Origin: Octopus bimaculoides
Lineage: Eukaryota
Direction: 5' to 3'
Assembly: GCF_001194135.2 (NCBI RefSeq)
Contig: NC_069007.1
Coordinates: 3,812,398 to 3,863,157, forward strand
DNA: 50,760 bases
This document shows positions 22,140 to 34,479 of the stretch, piece after piece (the stretch's first letter is position 1; the number at the start of each line of letters is the position of its first letter). Made by a program: the position numbers and the translations under genes. The notes under the pieces were generated by a model that worked only from the letters and a program-made list of their open reading frames with translations, was not told the origin of the DNA and ran no database searches.

Positions 22140-23539
22140 GTGTAGTCGAACAAATCTTTATATTGATAAGATTTAGAAAAACGTTATTTTAGAAGAATTT
22201 TGAATCATTCTTTCTCTTTCCTGCTCAGACTTCGTTCGTACCACTAATTTCGATTACCCCGTGAAATGGGGGGGGGGGAATTTCGAGGGTTCCACCACTC
22301 ACCCACCCGTCTTCGGGACAAAAAAAAGTGTTTTGTGGCATATTAGGTCACTGTAGTTCATTCAACGAAAAAAAAAAAAAAAATTTCCAATAATTCCGGG
22401 AAGGGTGGGGGTTCCGAGCCAAAATAAGAGATTTACGGTATATTCGGAGGTCAGGGTACTTGATTCCACGCGAAAAATCCGAGTTTTGTCTTTTTTTTTC
22501 ACTCTAATTAAATTATTGTAAATGATCCCCATAAAAGTGCCGCCTGGGGCGGACCGCCTACCCTCCAGCTACGTTAGTTATCTCACGTCTACTCTGTCCC
22601 AGAGTAATACCACCAATCAGGGCCGCAGCTACGGTTTAAATAACATGTAACCACCCGAGCCGGGGTACGCTGAAATCATGGGATGCAGCATGGTGGATGT
22701 GAACTATTTTGAGAAGTGATTCTGATTGAGTCAATGGTGAATATCACTAGATGCTGAGCGGTTAAACAGAAAACTGCCAATGGCCAGGATCAACCACTTC
22801 AGTTAGTGAACTACTGCTATCGTCTGTAGTTGTGGTGTGAACAGACGATATATTTTTTGCTAGCTGAAGGCCAATGTAATCAAAACCGAAACCGAAACCA
22901 GACGTTCATGCTGTCGCCTTCAATCAGGACATCTGACCAGGAAGAGGAGTTTGTGTTAGTCCGGTCGGATGATGATAGGAAACTACGTTAACTTAAAACT
23001 GGCATTCTCCACGTTACGGAAACGCCGCGTTCCTGATAAAATCTGACCCTAATATAAAGTGTATTTCCACAGACTTTTCAATTAAATAAAACTGCCTCAC
23101 GTTAGGGAAACTCACGTTCCGACAAACTCTTCAAGAATATAACGCTTTCCGTAATGCAACGGATGACTGTATAACTTTTCTCGGTTTTAAGGGTATAAAT
23201 GTGGAAGGTGGAATTAGCTGCTATTCTAGTAAGGGTAAGAACCATGTCGAGACTAAATCTCTTTGATTTCCTAAACTTGCATTACTTCCTGTTTTGATAT
23301 ATACTGCAAAGTGAGGCTTTCAGTAAAGGTAGCCCTATAATTAAAACTAGGGTGTCCTAGAAAATAGCATGGGTCTACGGATTGACTTCCAGCATTCCAG
23401 TAACATAACGTCTGTTCATTTTTTAATTTTTTTTATTAATCAGACTTTTAAACCCCCTCCTCGCTTACTAAATGGTGGATGTGAGAATGTATGTAAGTGA
23501 TATCGGGAGAACGTGCGCCTTGGTGCGTGTGGTTGTGGG

Positions 23540-23676
23540 GCAGAAAGAAAGAAAGAAAGAAAGAGAGCGTGCGTTTATGAGTTGATGTTTGTGTGTGTGT
23601 GTGAGAGAGAGGGAGCGTGTGTTTATGCGTGGGATCTATTCAGTTTGAAGATCCTATGCGTGGATAAACTGGGGTT

Positions 23677-23758
<82 letters not shown>

Positions 23759-24011
23759 AGAGAGAAAGAGAAAGAGCGTGTGTGTTTATGTGTGCGTGAG
23801 TTTGCGTGTGAGAGACAGACAGAGCGTATGTTTATGTGTGCCTGTTTGTTTGTGTGTGTGTAACAGAAAGAGAGCGAGAGAGAGTAAAAGACAGAGAGCA
23901 CGTATATTTATGTGTATGTGTGAGAGAGAGATAAAGAGTGTGTGTGTGTTTGTGTGCATGCGTTGGTGTTTTGTGTAAGAGACAAAGACAAAGAGAAAGC
24001 ATGTGGGTTTA

Positions 24012-24044
<33 letters not shown>

Positions 24045-24258
24045 GTAAAAGACAGAGACAAACAGAGAGGGCATGTTTATGTGTAATGTGTGTGTGTGTG
24101 TGACAGACAGAGCCCGTGGGAGAGAAAGAGAGATAAACAGTTAGTGACAGAGAAAGATAAACAGAGGAAGAGAGACAGATAGAGCATGTGTGGCGTGAGA
24201 GAGAGAGAAAGAGACTGACAGAGAGCGGTGTATATGTGCGTGAATTTGTGTGTGTGCG

Positions 24259-24289
<31 letters not shown>

Positions 24290-24480
24290 AAGAAAGCGTG
24301 TGTTTGCGCGTGCGAGAATCAGATACAGACAGAGACAGCGCGTGAGGCTGTATGTCTATGTGTGTATGTGTACGACTGTGTATTTATGTTTGTGTGTGTG
24401 TGACTTAGTATGTCTGTGCGTTCGCGCGTGTGTATACGCGTATTTATGTCTGTATGTGTGTGTGAGAGAGCGCAAGTCTA
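23540..24480. repeat. Mixed (GT)n/(TA)n/(GA)n microsatellite block
   Basis: Direct reading. Confidence 0.9.
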
Positions 24481-24669
24481 CACTTCAATATGTATTTAAT
24501 GTCTGTATGTATTTAATGACTGTATTTATACGTGTGTAACTACTTGTGCCTGTGTCTACGTGTATAAAATATACGCGCGTCTATGTATGCAAATATGTAA
24601 GTGTATACTTAAGTGTAGCTAGCAAGAGAGAGAGAGTGACAGAGTGTGTGTGTATGTGTGTGAAATAGA

Positions 24670-24919
24670 GATGATAGCCAGAAATATCGATAAGTAGATA
24701 GGTAAATAGATGAATAGGTTGATAGATGAGGGATAAATAGATAGATAGGTAGATAGATAGACAGACAGACAGACAGATAGATAGATAAATAGACAGACAG
24801 ACAGACAGACACACAAATAGCTAGGTAGATAGATAGATAGATTGATATAGTGATAGATACGTACACAGACAGATAGACAGACAGACAGATACATAGATAA
24901 ATGGATAGATAGATTGATC

Positions 24920-24954
<35 letters not shown>

Positions 24955-24970
24955 TGGATGGATAGATAGA
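24670..24970. repeat. (GATA)n/(GACA)n microsatellite
   Basis: Direct reading. Confidence 0.95.
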
Positions 24971-25326
24971 CGGAAAGATGGTGATAGTAGCAGAGAAAGC
25001 GAATCATGGAGAAGAGGAGAAAGTAGGTGAGATTTATAGGACGCAGTTAGTCAGACTGTCAAAAAAATCTTGTTTCGATTAGAAGAAAGCGATATTGTCG
25101 TTAGTTATTCCAAGCTAACTACAGAATCACTAGGCTTTACCCCACCTCACCCTCACTAACATGCCTCTTCATTTTTTTTTTCAATAAATCTCAAGACGTA
25201 GCGTCAGGAGATTAGAGTTTTTCAGCTCCCGATCTTAAGATGTTGTGGATTCAATTTCCTCTTTCTTGCAGGAAAGTCACATTACGGGGAGACGAATCCA
25301 GAGGAACAATATCCTGGGGATCAAGT

Positions 25327-25437
25327 CAGTGCCGTCTTAAGATATAGGCACACTAGGCATTTGCCCAGGGGCTTCACGAGTCTAGAGGCACAATTCTGAT
25401 TTATGTAGGCTGTGTATCATAATCAGGGCCAGCCCTG
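25327..25437. mobile_element. hAT-type terminal/MITE sequence next to the hAT transposase
   Basis: Begins CAGTGCCGTCTTAA..ggcacactaggca and ends CAGGGCCAGCCCTG. A related end occurs in reverse at 38930-38962. No 8-bp TSD found. Confidence 0.5.
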
Positions 25438-25657
25438 ACGCCCTATATATTTTTTTTACTAATTTTAAAATTAATTTTTAAAATTTTCCTTTACAAGTGA
25501 CTTCAAATGGCTCCTATGTTTATTCCTATTGCAAAAAACTTTCTTGGGGAAATCTCCAGCTTGCTGGGCTCGCTTCGTTTGCCATCCTCCCGCCCTGTGG
25601 AGGGTGGGGTTAAAATTTTTATTATTATTTAATACTGTTGTTTTTTACTCTCGGCAC

Positions 25658-26670
25658 TTAAAAGTTAATTTTGCGAGTTTTCTGTCTTGCAAAATCTTTT
25701 ACATGTTCTTGGAGTGGAAGTTTTCTACAAATTTCATGTTCTATGGAAATCGTAGCTAGTCCAGTAAGCTTCCCTTGGGCCATTGAAGTTCTTAGATATG
25801 TCTTTATTAATTTAAGTTTCGAAAAGCTACACTTATGACACTTACTGATAGGGTTAGCAAGATTATGAGAGCAATGTACAAATTTGAAAAGCTTTCTCGT
25901 TCTTGCTGCTTGCAAAGTAGCTCAAGCACTTTCAGAAGACCATAGGATTTTTCAAGTCTTCTTGATATGACATTCAATTCATTAGACAAATCTTTAGCAT
26001 CAGTTTCCTTTGAGTCTCCAACCTGTAGGACAGACTCGAGTCTTATGCAAAATTCCATTACTTGATGAGAAGTTTTATAATGCAAAGATTTTATATTCTA
26101 TAAAAAAAAGCCGAAGATGGAATTTACTTGTTTCAGTTGTGCAAAGCGTTTTGAAAATGAATTAATTGATATATCCAGTATTGCAAAATAACAATTTATT
26201 TTGTAGCTTTGTTCACTATCCTGGATAGATTCATTTTTTTCTGTCATATGAGAATCGTTGTTTCTTCTAAAGCGCAATGGCTTTGCTGCACATTCTGCCC
26301 ACATACCAAATTCATCAACTACCTCACGAGCATCAACAAGTACTTCTTCAAATTTTTTGTCACTCCTTTTTCGTTTGTTCAAGCGCTTTAAGTGCAGAGT
26401 TTATAGTTAAATCTTTTGACTGCAATTTTCTGCTAGTAATTTTAATTTCAAAAAGAATATTATACGAAAGAATTAATGAAATCACAAAACTGAACTTGGA
26501 AATCTCGTTGACAAGAACTTGAGCATCTCCACGTGAAGAAGTACCACTTGAACCTGTGAGGCTAGCATCCTCAGTAATTTCAATTAATGCATGATGAACT
26601 TTGCCAAGCTCATAACGAAGGGGATTAATGGGCATCAATTCTACTCTCTCATCTTGTTTCACTTAATGGT
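25658..26670 (-). pseudogene. hAT-superfamily (ZMYM1-like) transposase pseudogene, C-terminal about 330 aa including the hATC dimerisation domain
   Basis: Four consecutive frameshifted ORFs: LSETR*ESRIDA / PLRYELGKV..FSFVISLI..NILFEIKITSRKLQSKD / CYFAILDISINSFSKRF / NLYIALIILLTLSVSV / FSKLKLIKTYLRTSMAQGKLTGLATISIEHE..DFAR.K.RK. Confidence 0.93.
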
Positions 26671-28231
26671 TTCATAGAAGTGCTGTTTTGAGGAATTGGC
26701 GCACTGGGTGGTTGTCCGAGGGCTTCGCTGGTCTTGAAGCACGGTTATGCTCTATATATGTTGTGGTTTAGTGTCATTAAGTAAGTACAATCGGGTCTAA
26801 TACTTGATTTGACCAGAAGCCTATATTGCTAAGATGACCCCGGAGCAAGTGCTGAATATAGGAGTTAGCGTGGACGAAACAAGGATGAGGAAAGGTGGAG
26901 AGACTAGTGGTTTAGGGATTCCTGAATGAAGGAAGCACAAGATCAGCTAATTCTAAGGAACAGGGGGCGTTATAATAGGGTTAGAAAACACACAGAAAGG
27001 AGAGGGGGTACGCCTGTGAGCCAGAAGCTGGAACATGACTATAAGTAATTTAATGGTAATCAATCGGGTGGCCCCTCTTCGGATGCAGTGCAGGATGTGT
27101 ATTTTTGTGTGAGTAGTAGCAGTCTCATATTACATAAAATAAATATATGTACGGTTTTCGTATTATATAAAATATATATATAGGGTTTCCATATTATATA
27201 AAATAAATATATTGTACGGTTTTCATATTACATAGAATAAATATGGTTACAACTTGACCCGTAAGCGAAAATGTTTAAAAAAAGAGTGCAACGGGTGTAA
27301 AAAAAAAATGTGTAGGAAACGAATAGGAAAAAAAATGCGCGCAAAGCAACGGGAGGGTGGGGAGGGGACCTCGGAAAATTCACAAGATCCGAGTTTTTCC
27401 TTNNNNNNNNNNNNNNNNNNNNNNNNNNNNNNNNNNNNNNNNNNNNNNNNNNNNNNNNNNNNNNNNNNNNNNNNNNNNNNNNNNNNNNNNNNNNNNNNNN
27501 NNNNNNNNNNNNNNNNNNNNNNNNNNNNNNNNNNNNNNNNNNNNNNNNNNNNNNNNNNNNNNNNNNNNNNNNNNNNNNNNNNNNNNNNNNNNNNNNNNNN
27601 NNNNNNNNNNNNNNNNNNNNNNNNNNNNNNNNNNNNNNNNNNNNNNNNNNNNNNNNNNNNNNNNNNNNNNNNNNNNNNNNNNNNNNNNNNNNNNNNNNNN
27701 NNNNNNNNNNNNNNNNNNNNNNNNNNNNNNNNNNNNNNNNNNNNNNNNNNNNNNNNNNNNNNNNNNNNNNNNNNNNNNNNNNNNNNNNNNNNNNNNNNNN
27801 NNNNNNNNNNNNNNNNNNNNNNNNNNNNNNNNNNNNNNNNNNNNNNNNNNNNNNNNNNNNNNNNNNNNNNNNNNNNNNNNNNNNNNNNNNNNNNNNNNNN
27901 NNNNNNNNNNNNNNNNNNNNNNNNNNNNNNNNNNNNNNNNNNNNNNNNNNNNNNNNNNNNNNNNNNNNNNNNNNNNNNNNNNNNNNNNNNNNNNNNNNNN
28001 NNNNNNNNNNNNNNNNNNNNNNNNNNNNNNNNNNNNNNNNNNNNNNNNNNNNNNNNNNNNNNNNNNNNNNNNNNNNNNNNNNNNNNNNNNNNNNNNNNNN
28101 NNNNNNNNNNNNNNNNNNNNNNNNNNNNNNNNNNNNNNNNNNNNNNNNNNNNNNNNNNNNNNNNNNNNNNNNNNNNNNNNNNNNNNNNNNATATATATAT
28201 ATATATATATATATAGATATATAGATAAGCA

Positions 28232-28314
28232 ATGTTAATTCTCTAAATGAAGTATTAACAGTAACTGCACGATAAAGTGTAGTATATTGCCACTTAAGTG
28301 TGGCTGACCCCTAG
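28232..28314 (+). repeat. 83-bp sequence identical to 48711-48793
   Basis: Base-by-base manual comparison finds no mismatch. Confidence 0.9.
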
Positions 28315-28349
28315 ATAGATATATAGATATAGATATATATATATGTATG

Positions 28350-28520
28350 TGTGTATCATTGTTTACGTTGCTGTAACCTCGCGGTTCAGCAAATAGGCCG
28401 ATAGAATAAGTAGGAGATTCACATTTAAAACAGAAGGGCGATTTATTCAACTAAAATCCTTCAAGACATAGGTCCCAGAATGGCCGTAGTCCAATGATTG
28501 AAACAAGCAAAAGATAAAAA
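28350..28520 (+). mobile_element. SINE family A, 3' half
   Basis: gtttacgttgctgtaacctcgcggttcagcaaa...gatagaataagta...atggccgtagtccaatgattgaaacaagcaaaagataaaa. Confidence 0.75.
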
Positions 28521-28834
28521 AAAAATCCCGATGCCTCTCTCTCTCTCTCTCTCATTCTCTCTCGCCTTGCCGGTCGGTATACCAGAAGATGTGTGGGCGT
28601 GCGTCAGCTGGCAACTAGCGACACACTGATCTACATAACACTATTCCTACAAGCAACAGAAGAGAAACAGAAAAAGGGGGTAAAAGAAGGGACTCAAACA
28701 GCGACTGAATAACTTTACAGGCATTCGTCAGACTGATGTGATAGTTTCTGCCATTTGTTGGAAGTAATTCACGCGTCAGGCTTTCAAAGTACGCGTGCCA
28801 ACACACACGCGCGCCGCCTGTGCATGTGTGTGCA

Positions 28835-29140
28835 CGAGCGGGTGGAGGCGGGCTGGCACGTGCCTGCCTCTCTGCGCGTGTGCGTGTATGTGTACGTGTG
28901 TGAAGGCTGGCTGGCGTGTACCTGTGTGGATGTGTGTGTGAAAACGGGATGGTGCGTGCCTGTGTGTGTGCGCGTGAAGGCAGACTAACGTGTGCCTGTG
29001 TGTATGTGTCTGTGTGTGTGTGTGAAGACGGAACCGTGCGTGCTTGTGTCTGCGTGTGTGTGTGTGTGTGTGAAGACGAGATGGTGCGTGCCTGTGTGTC
29101 TGTGCCCGTGTGCGCGTGTGTGAACGCAGCAGGCTAGCGC
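28835..29140. repeat. Degenerate minisatellite: about 7 units of a gtgaag(g/a)cgg..gg(t/c)gcgtgcctgt core separated by (GT)-rich spacers
   Basis: Repeated cores read directly; period roughly 40-55 bp. Confidence 0.65.
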
Positions 29141-30089
29141 GTGCACGCGCACACGTGTGTGTATGTGTGCACGTAAACTGGAGTGTGCCTCATTGATGTA
29201 TTTGTGTGTGTGTGTGTGTGTGTCTGCCGTTGAAAGGGAAAATATCCTGTATGTATATATAGGTTTGTATGTGTGTATGAACGCATTCGGGTGTCTGCCT
29301 AAGCGTATGTTTGCATAGGCGGTGCGTGTGCTAAACGTGCGCGCGCACGTGTGTGTGTGTGTGTGCGTACGTGAGTGTGTGTATGTTGTATACGTGTGTG
29401 AGTGATTAAACGCCGGTAGGCATATGTCTGTGTTTATTAAGCAAAGACCATGTAAATGTGATCGCCAAAAGGGATAAATACAGATAAATATAGAGAGGGA
29501 ATTAAACCTAGAGGCAGACATATAAAGCATTGTGTATATATATATATATCATACGATTTTTAAACTTTTAAATTTTCATATTCAAAAGAGACAGAGACTT
29601 CAAATTCGATATATCGATTTATTCATACATACCGTCCCTTTTCTTAGACTTAATCCTTTCGTACTCTCTTTCTCACGCACACACATATACACCCTTCAAT
29701 ACGCACATGTATGTACGTATATACATATACCCTACAGTGCGCACACTTATGTACTTTTACACACACACACACACACTCACTCTCAGAGCACACACGTAAG
29801 AGAAGAGAAAAGGTACAAGGCAGAGAGTAGCAGAGATAGAAAGGGAGACAAAGAGAGAGAGAGAGAGAGAGAGGGGGGCTGAGGGGGTAAGAAAAGAGAG
29901 ACAGAGAGAAAGGACGGGAAATGGTGGAAGTTTGGTAAAATTAGAACGCAACCTGCTTTTGAAAACTGTAAACTGAGGAAAGGGTGAACCCTGGAATGTG
30001 AACCGACACATTCTATATAGCATATCTTCCTTTTTAATACCACTTCCGACACCCTAACAAGGGTACTAAACTATACGACCTTATGCACA

Positions 30090-31000
30090 CACACTCTGTG
30101 TATCTCTCTCTGTATCTCTTTCTCTCTTCTCTCTCTTTCCTATATCTGTCAATTCTGTTCACCTCTCTCTCCCCTCTTCTATCTGTTTTCAATTCTTCCC
30201 TCTCTCGCTATCTTTCTCTGTGTCTATCTCTCTGTTTATCTCTCTCTGCTTATCTCTCTCTGCATCTCTCTATTTATCTTTCTCTCTCTATTTCTCTGTC
30301 TGTTTATCTTTCTTTCTCTTTGTATCTCTTTCTCTCTTCTCTCTCTTTCCTATATCTGTCAATTCTGTTCACCTCTCTCCTCTTCTATCTGTTTTCAATT
30401 CTTCCTCCTCTCGCTATCTTTCTCTCTGTCTATCTCCCCTCACGTCTCTTTCTTTCAGTTTCTCTCTCTCTGTCTGTCTCTCTATCTTTCAATTCATTTC
30501 TTCGCTCGTCATAATCCCCTCTTTCTTTCCTTTTCAATCTTCCTCTTCATGTTTGTTTCTCAACTCTCCCTCTCTCTCTCTCTACATTTTCCTCCGTTTT
30601 CCTTCTTACCCGCTCTCTATCTCAATTTCAGTCTTACAGATTTTCTCTTTGTTTCTCTTTCTCTTATCTTAACTTTTCGTCTATGATTCCTATCTCACCA
30701 CCTTTCTTTCTCTCTCACTCCACTCCCCTCTTCCTCTTTCTTTCACCCTCTGCATCTCTCCATTTTCCTCTCTCACTCTCTCCTCATTCCACTTTCTCTA
30801 TTTCTATTTTACCGTCATTCACGCCTCTTTCTTTCTCTTTCTCTGCCTTACTATTTCTTTTCTCTTTCTTCTCCTGTTTCTTCCTTTGAATCTATCATTC
30901 TCCCCCCCCCCTCTATTTCTCGTGTATCATTTCTATCTTACCCTCATTCGCTTTCCTTTCTCTCCCGTTCACTCTCTTTCTCCCCCCTCCCTCCCTCTCC
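30090..31000. repeat. Pyrimidine-rich (CT)n tract with an internal duplication of about 120 bp (30111 vs 30321)
   Basis: tgtatctctttctctcttctctctctttcctatatctgtcaattctgttcacctctct occurs at both positions, 210 bp apart. Confidence 0.85.
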
Positions 31001-31304
31001 ATAACGGTAACAGTAGATCAACGGACGGACTAAATAAGGCNNNNNNNNNNNNNNNNNNNNNNNNNNNNNNNNNNNNNNNNNNNNNNNNNNNNNNNNNNNN
31101 NNNNNNNNNNNNNNNNNNNNNNNNNNNNNNNNNNNNNNNNNNNNNNNNNNNNNNNNNNNNNNNNNNNNNNNNNNNNNNNNNNNNNNNNNNNNNNNNNNNN
31201 NNNNNNNNNNNNNNNNNNNAATACCAGTAAACATCGTCGATTCAATTAACGGTGCTACTGCAGCTTCTGATCTACTATGCATAGTCTATACTGTGAAATT
31301 ACCT

Positions 31305-31650
31305 TTTCTGGGTTAGGATAAGGGTTAAGGTTAGAGTTTAGAGTTAAACTTGGAGTTGGGGTAAAATTTACACTAAGGTTTTATGGTTTAGACTTAGGGT
31401 TGGGACGAGGGTTTCGGACAGTGGTTCCCAACCTGTGGTCCACAAAGGTAGTACTGGAGCTCCGTGAACATGTTAAGCTGACAGACCTTTCAATATCCTG
31501 GGCTCTGTGAGAAAACTCATTTAAATAAAAGGGGTCCTTGGTTATGAAAAGGTTGGGAACCACTGGTTTAGAGTTATAAGGATTAGGATTAGGATTAAAG
31601 TTTAAGGCTAGGATTGTGGTTAAGGCTTATCTTAGGGTTAGCACTAGAAT
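31305..31650. repeat. Degenerate TTAGGG-like array belonging to a dispersed element (related sequence reversed at 34805-34910)
   Basis: gggttaggataagggttaaggttagagtttagagtt... The flank tctact..tgtgaa..ct.ggttag is shared with the reverse complement of 34860-34910. Confidence 0.6.
31419..31565. mobile_element. hAT (Charlie/MER-like) MITE with perfect 16-bp TIRs
   Basis: CAGTGGTTCCCAACCT at 31419-31434 and AGGTTGGGAACCACTG at 31550-31565. Candidate 8-bp TSD gtttcgga/gtttagag matches at 5 of 8 positions. Confidence 0.9.
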
Positions 31651-32059
31651 TTGAACTCAAAATGTAACAAGTTGGTACAAATATCAAAGAATTTATTTGA
31701 TGCACTAACAATTCTGACAGCTCAGTTTCTGGGGCAGACACAAGGCCAGTGATTGTGAATTGAAGCGGGTTAGGCTGTACCATGCATGGGTATCCTTTAT
31801 GGAGAAGTGGGCTGCACAAGACATGGAATTTATGGGTGTCACAAAGGAAATTGCGGTGGACCCGTTGAATAAGCTAGAAGGAAGGTTATGTAGATGATGT
31901 GAAGAACCAAGACCGGGAGCTGGTAGAATTGTTGGGTACGCTAATGAAACTTAGTGGCCAGTTCTTACCCGCATGTGAGTGAATAGGTTCTACTTTGTTT
32001 TTCTTGGGGGGGGGGGATTTAAATCTTTGTTTATAATGGCATATGTATGTGTGTGCAAA

Positions 32060-32925
32060 CAAAGTGTTTGGGTTAAATTTGGCAGTTTGCATAAATGGAA
32101 AAGAAAACACGATATCCTATTCGAAAATAAAAGTATATTTTTTAAAAATCATAAAAATATCAAGTAGACTATGGCGGGGAGATAAGACCATACTCAGAGT
32201 AACCACCTTCAGCTTTGACCACGATCTCAAGACTGCCCCAGTGTATGGAGCATGCATTCCTCACAGTGGGAAGATCTTTGAACATCTCTTTGATCTTGGC
32301 CACTAGTTTGGCCTTGGTGTTGCAGGCAGAGCAATTGGTGTTTTTTCTCAACTGTACCCCCACATAAAGTAATCCATGGGATTAACAATCAGGGTTATTG
32401 GAAAGCCAGAAATTAGAGATTAGAGCTGGTGAAGTTGTGAAAATTCTCCAGCAGTCACTTTTGATTCTGTCCACAGGTATGGCAAGGTGCCAAATCCTGC
32501 TGCCACACATATGGCCTTCTAGCAGCAACCCTCTCCAGCCAAGTATTGACCACAGTTACCAGCAGCTCCACATAGCCATCCGAATTGAGCCTAAGGCCCC
32601 GGTCAAATATGTGGGAACGAATTCAGAATGAGGACACAGTCACAACACGTGTTGTGTCCCTTCCTGCAGACCACAGCTGTTGCAGTTATCCATGTCAAGT
32701 TATACAGCCTTTACACTGTCCACATAGCAATGAGCTGTGGTCATATTGTCAGCATTTTCATGCCCAGTATGAATCATCCTGATACAGTTAAATCCTTTCC
32801 ATTATTCGGATGGTTTCCAGTCCTCCATTTCAGCTAACTTTTTCTTATCTCCATCACCAATACATCAAGCCATTATTGAAAAGAAGTATAAAAAAAAAGC
32901 CATCAAATTTAGCTCATACACCCTA
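32060..32925 (-). mobile_element. Internally deleted Tc1/mariner (maT/DD37D-like) transposon with both TIRs and transposase remnants
   Basis: Minus translation: MEDWKPSE*WK..(deletion)..PHIFDRGLRLNSDGYVELL..RRPYVWQQDLAPCHT..NPMDYFMWG..TNCSACNTKAKLVAKIKE..VVKAEGGY. Degenerate TIRs at 32060-32081 and 32904-32925. Confidence 0.88.
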
Positions 32926-33119
32926 CATGTGTCCTATTTTACAGACAACAAAATAATACAGTGATACCTTGCAGTATGAGTTTAATTCGTTCCATGACTG
33001 AGGTTGTCTTACAATTTACTCATTTTACAAATCAATTTTCCCCATGGGAATGCAAAAAAAATATGTAAACTGGTTTTATGAACTGAATTACCTTAAAGAT
33101 GGGACGATTTGCGTACTTG

Positions 33120-33575
33120 TACTGCGTAGTAAGTAGCTTGCTTACCAACCACATGGTTCCGGGTTCAGTCCCACTGCGTGGCACCTTGGGCAAGTGTCTT
33201 CCACTATAGCCTCGGGCCAACCAAAGCCTTGTGAGTAGATTTGGTAGACGGAAACTGAAAGAAGCCCGTCGTATATATATATATATATATATATNNNNNN
33301 NNNNNNNNNNNNNNNNNNNNNNNNNNNNNNNNNNNNNNATGTGTGTGTGTGTGTTTGTGTGTCTGTGTTTGTCCCTCCAACATCGCTTGACAACTGATGC
33401 TGGTGTGTTTACATCCCTGTAACTTAGCGGTTCGGCAAAAAGAAACCAATAGAATAAGTACTAGGCTTACAAAGATTAAGTCCTGGGGTCGATTTGTATG
33501 ACTAAATGCGGTGCTCCAGCATGGCCACAGTCAAATGACTGAAACAATTAAAAGAGTATAAAAGAGTAAAAGAGT
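33120..33575 (+). mobile_element. SINE family A, full length, internal microsatellite partly in a gap
   Basis: High similarity to 12820-13210 along its length. Confidence 0.92.
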
Positions 33576-33972
33576 ACTTCAAGATAAAACTTCACACAAG
33601 CCTCGGCTCATACAGCAAATTACTCGTACTGTGAGATTCTACTGTATTTCAAACATAGCCATGAAAACAGGAGAAAGGCTGGGCTATTTCGCCCTTATGT
33701 TTGTGTATGTGTGTTTTATTAGTATCATATTCTAATGTATTTTATATATTTGATACCCTACTTTCCCTGCTGCTCATGTTTATGTAACTGAACTTGTGTG
33801 TTCCCTAACATCCTGTAAATCCGTTTGTAATATTGTTTGTTCAGAAGCCTTTCTTCGTCAAGATATTCCAAGAATATACTTTTGCATCAAAAAAAATCAT
33901 TGTAAATCACTGATTTCTTCCAGAACCCCATTAACACACATCCGCTTGTGGCAAATAACCAATAATAATATT

Positions 33973-34120
33973 GTTTTTAAAGTCTGGCACAAGATCAGGA
34001 CTTTTAGAAGGAGGGAGGGAGGAAGCTTGACTTTAGTGGGATTTGAACTCAGCACCTAAAGAGTCGGAAGGAATATGGTTAAGCATTTTGTCCAATGTGC
34101 TAACGATTCTGCCTGCTTAA
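33973..34120 (-). mobile_element. SINE family B, internally deleted
   Basis: ttttaaagtctggcacaag...atttgaactcag...aagcattttgtccaatgtgctaacgattctgcc. Preceded by aatatt. Confidence 0.75.
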
Positions 34121-34479
34121 TCAATAATTTTGATTCTAATTTTGTGTGAAATCTGTCTTCAACACAACTTTTGGTTTCATTCACAACCCCTCTATATATA
34201 CATATTCCTCCTCTATATATACATATTCTGTTACTCTTTTATGTGTTTCATCCCAAAGATTGTGGCCATGTTGGGGCACACACATATATATATTCTTCAA
34301 TATGGTTGTTAAAGACATTGCACCACCATTTTCGAAAATAAAAGAAATTCATCAAAGTTAGTTTACTGCAAAATGGAAGGAAAATTATGAATCTTTGTTC
34401 TTTATATTTCTCTTCAGAAAACTTAAGAATAACATTTTGCTTTTCCCTGTCAAATTACTTTTTTCACAATAACACAAAC

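Noticed and set aside
29970-30010. CTGAGGA-A-AGGG-TGAA-CCCT hairpin
   Set aside because: Followed by GGAATG rather than GAAA; no stem III or stem I support.
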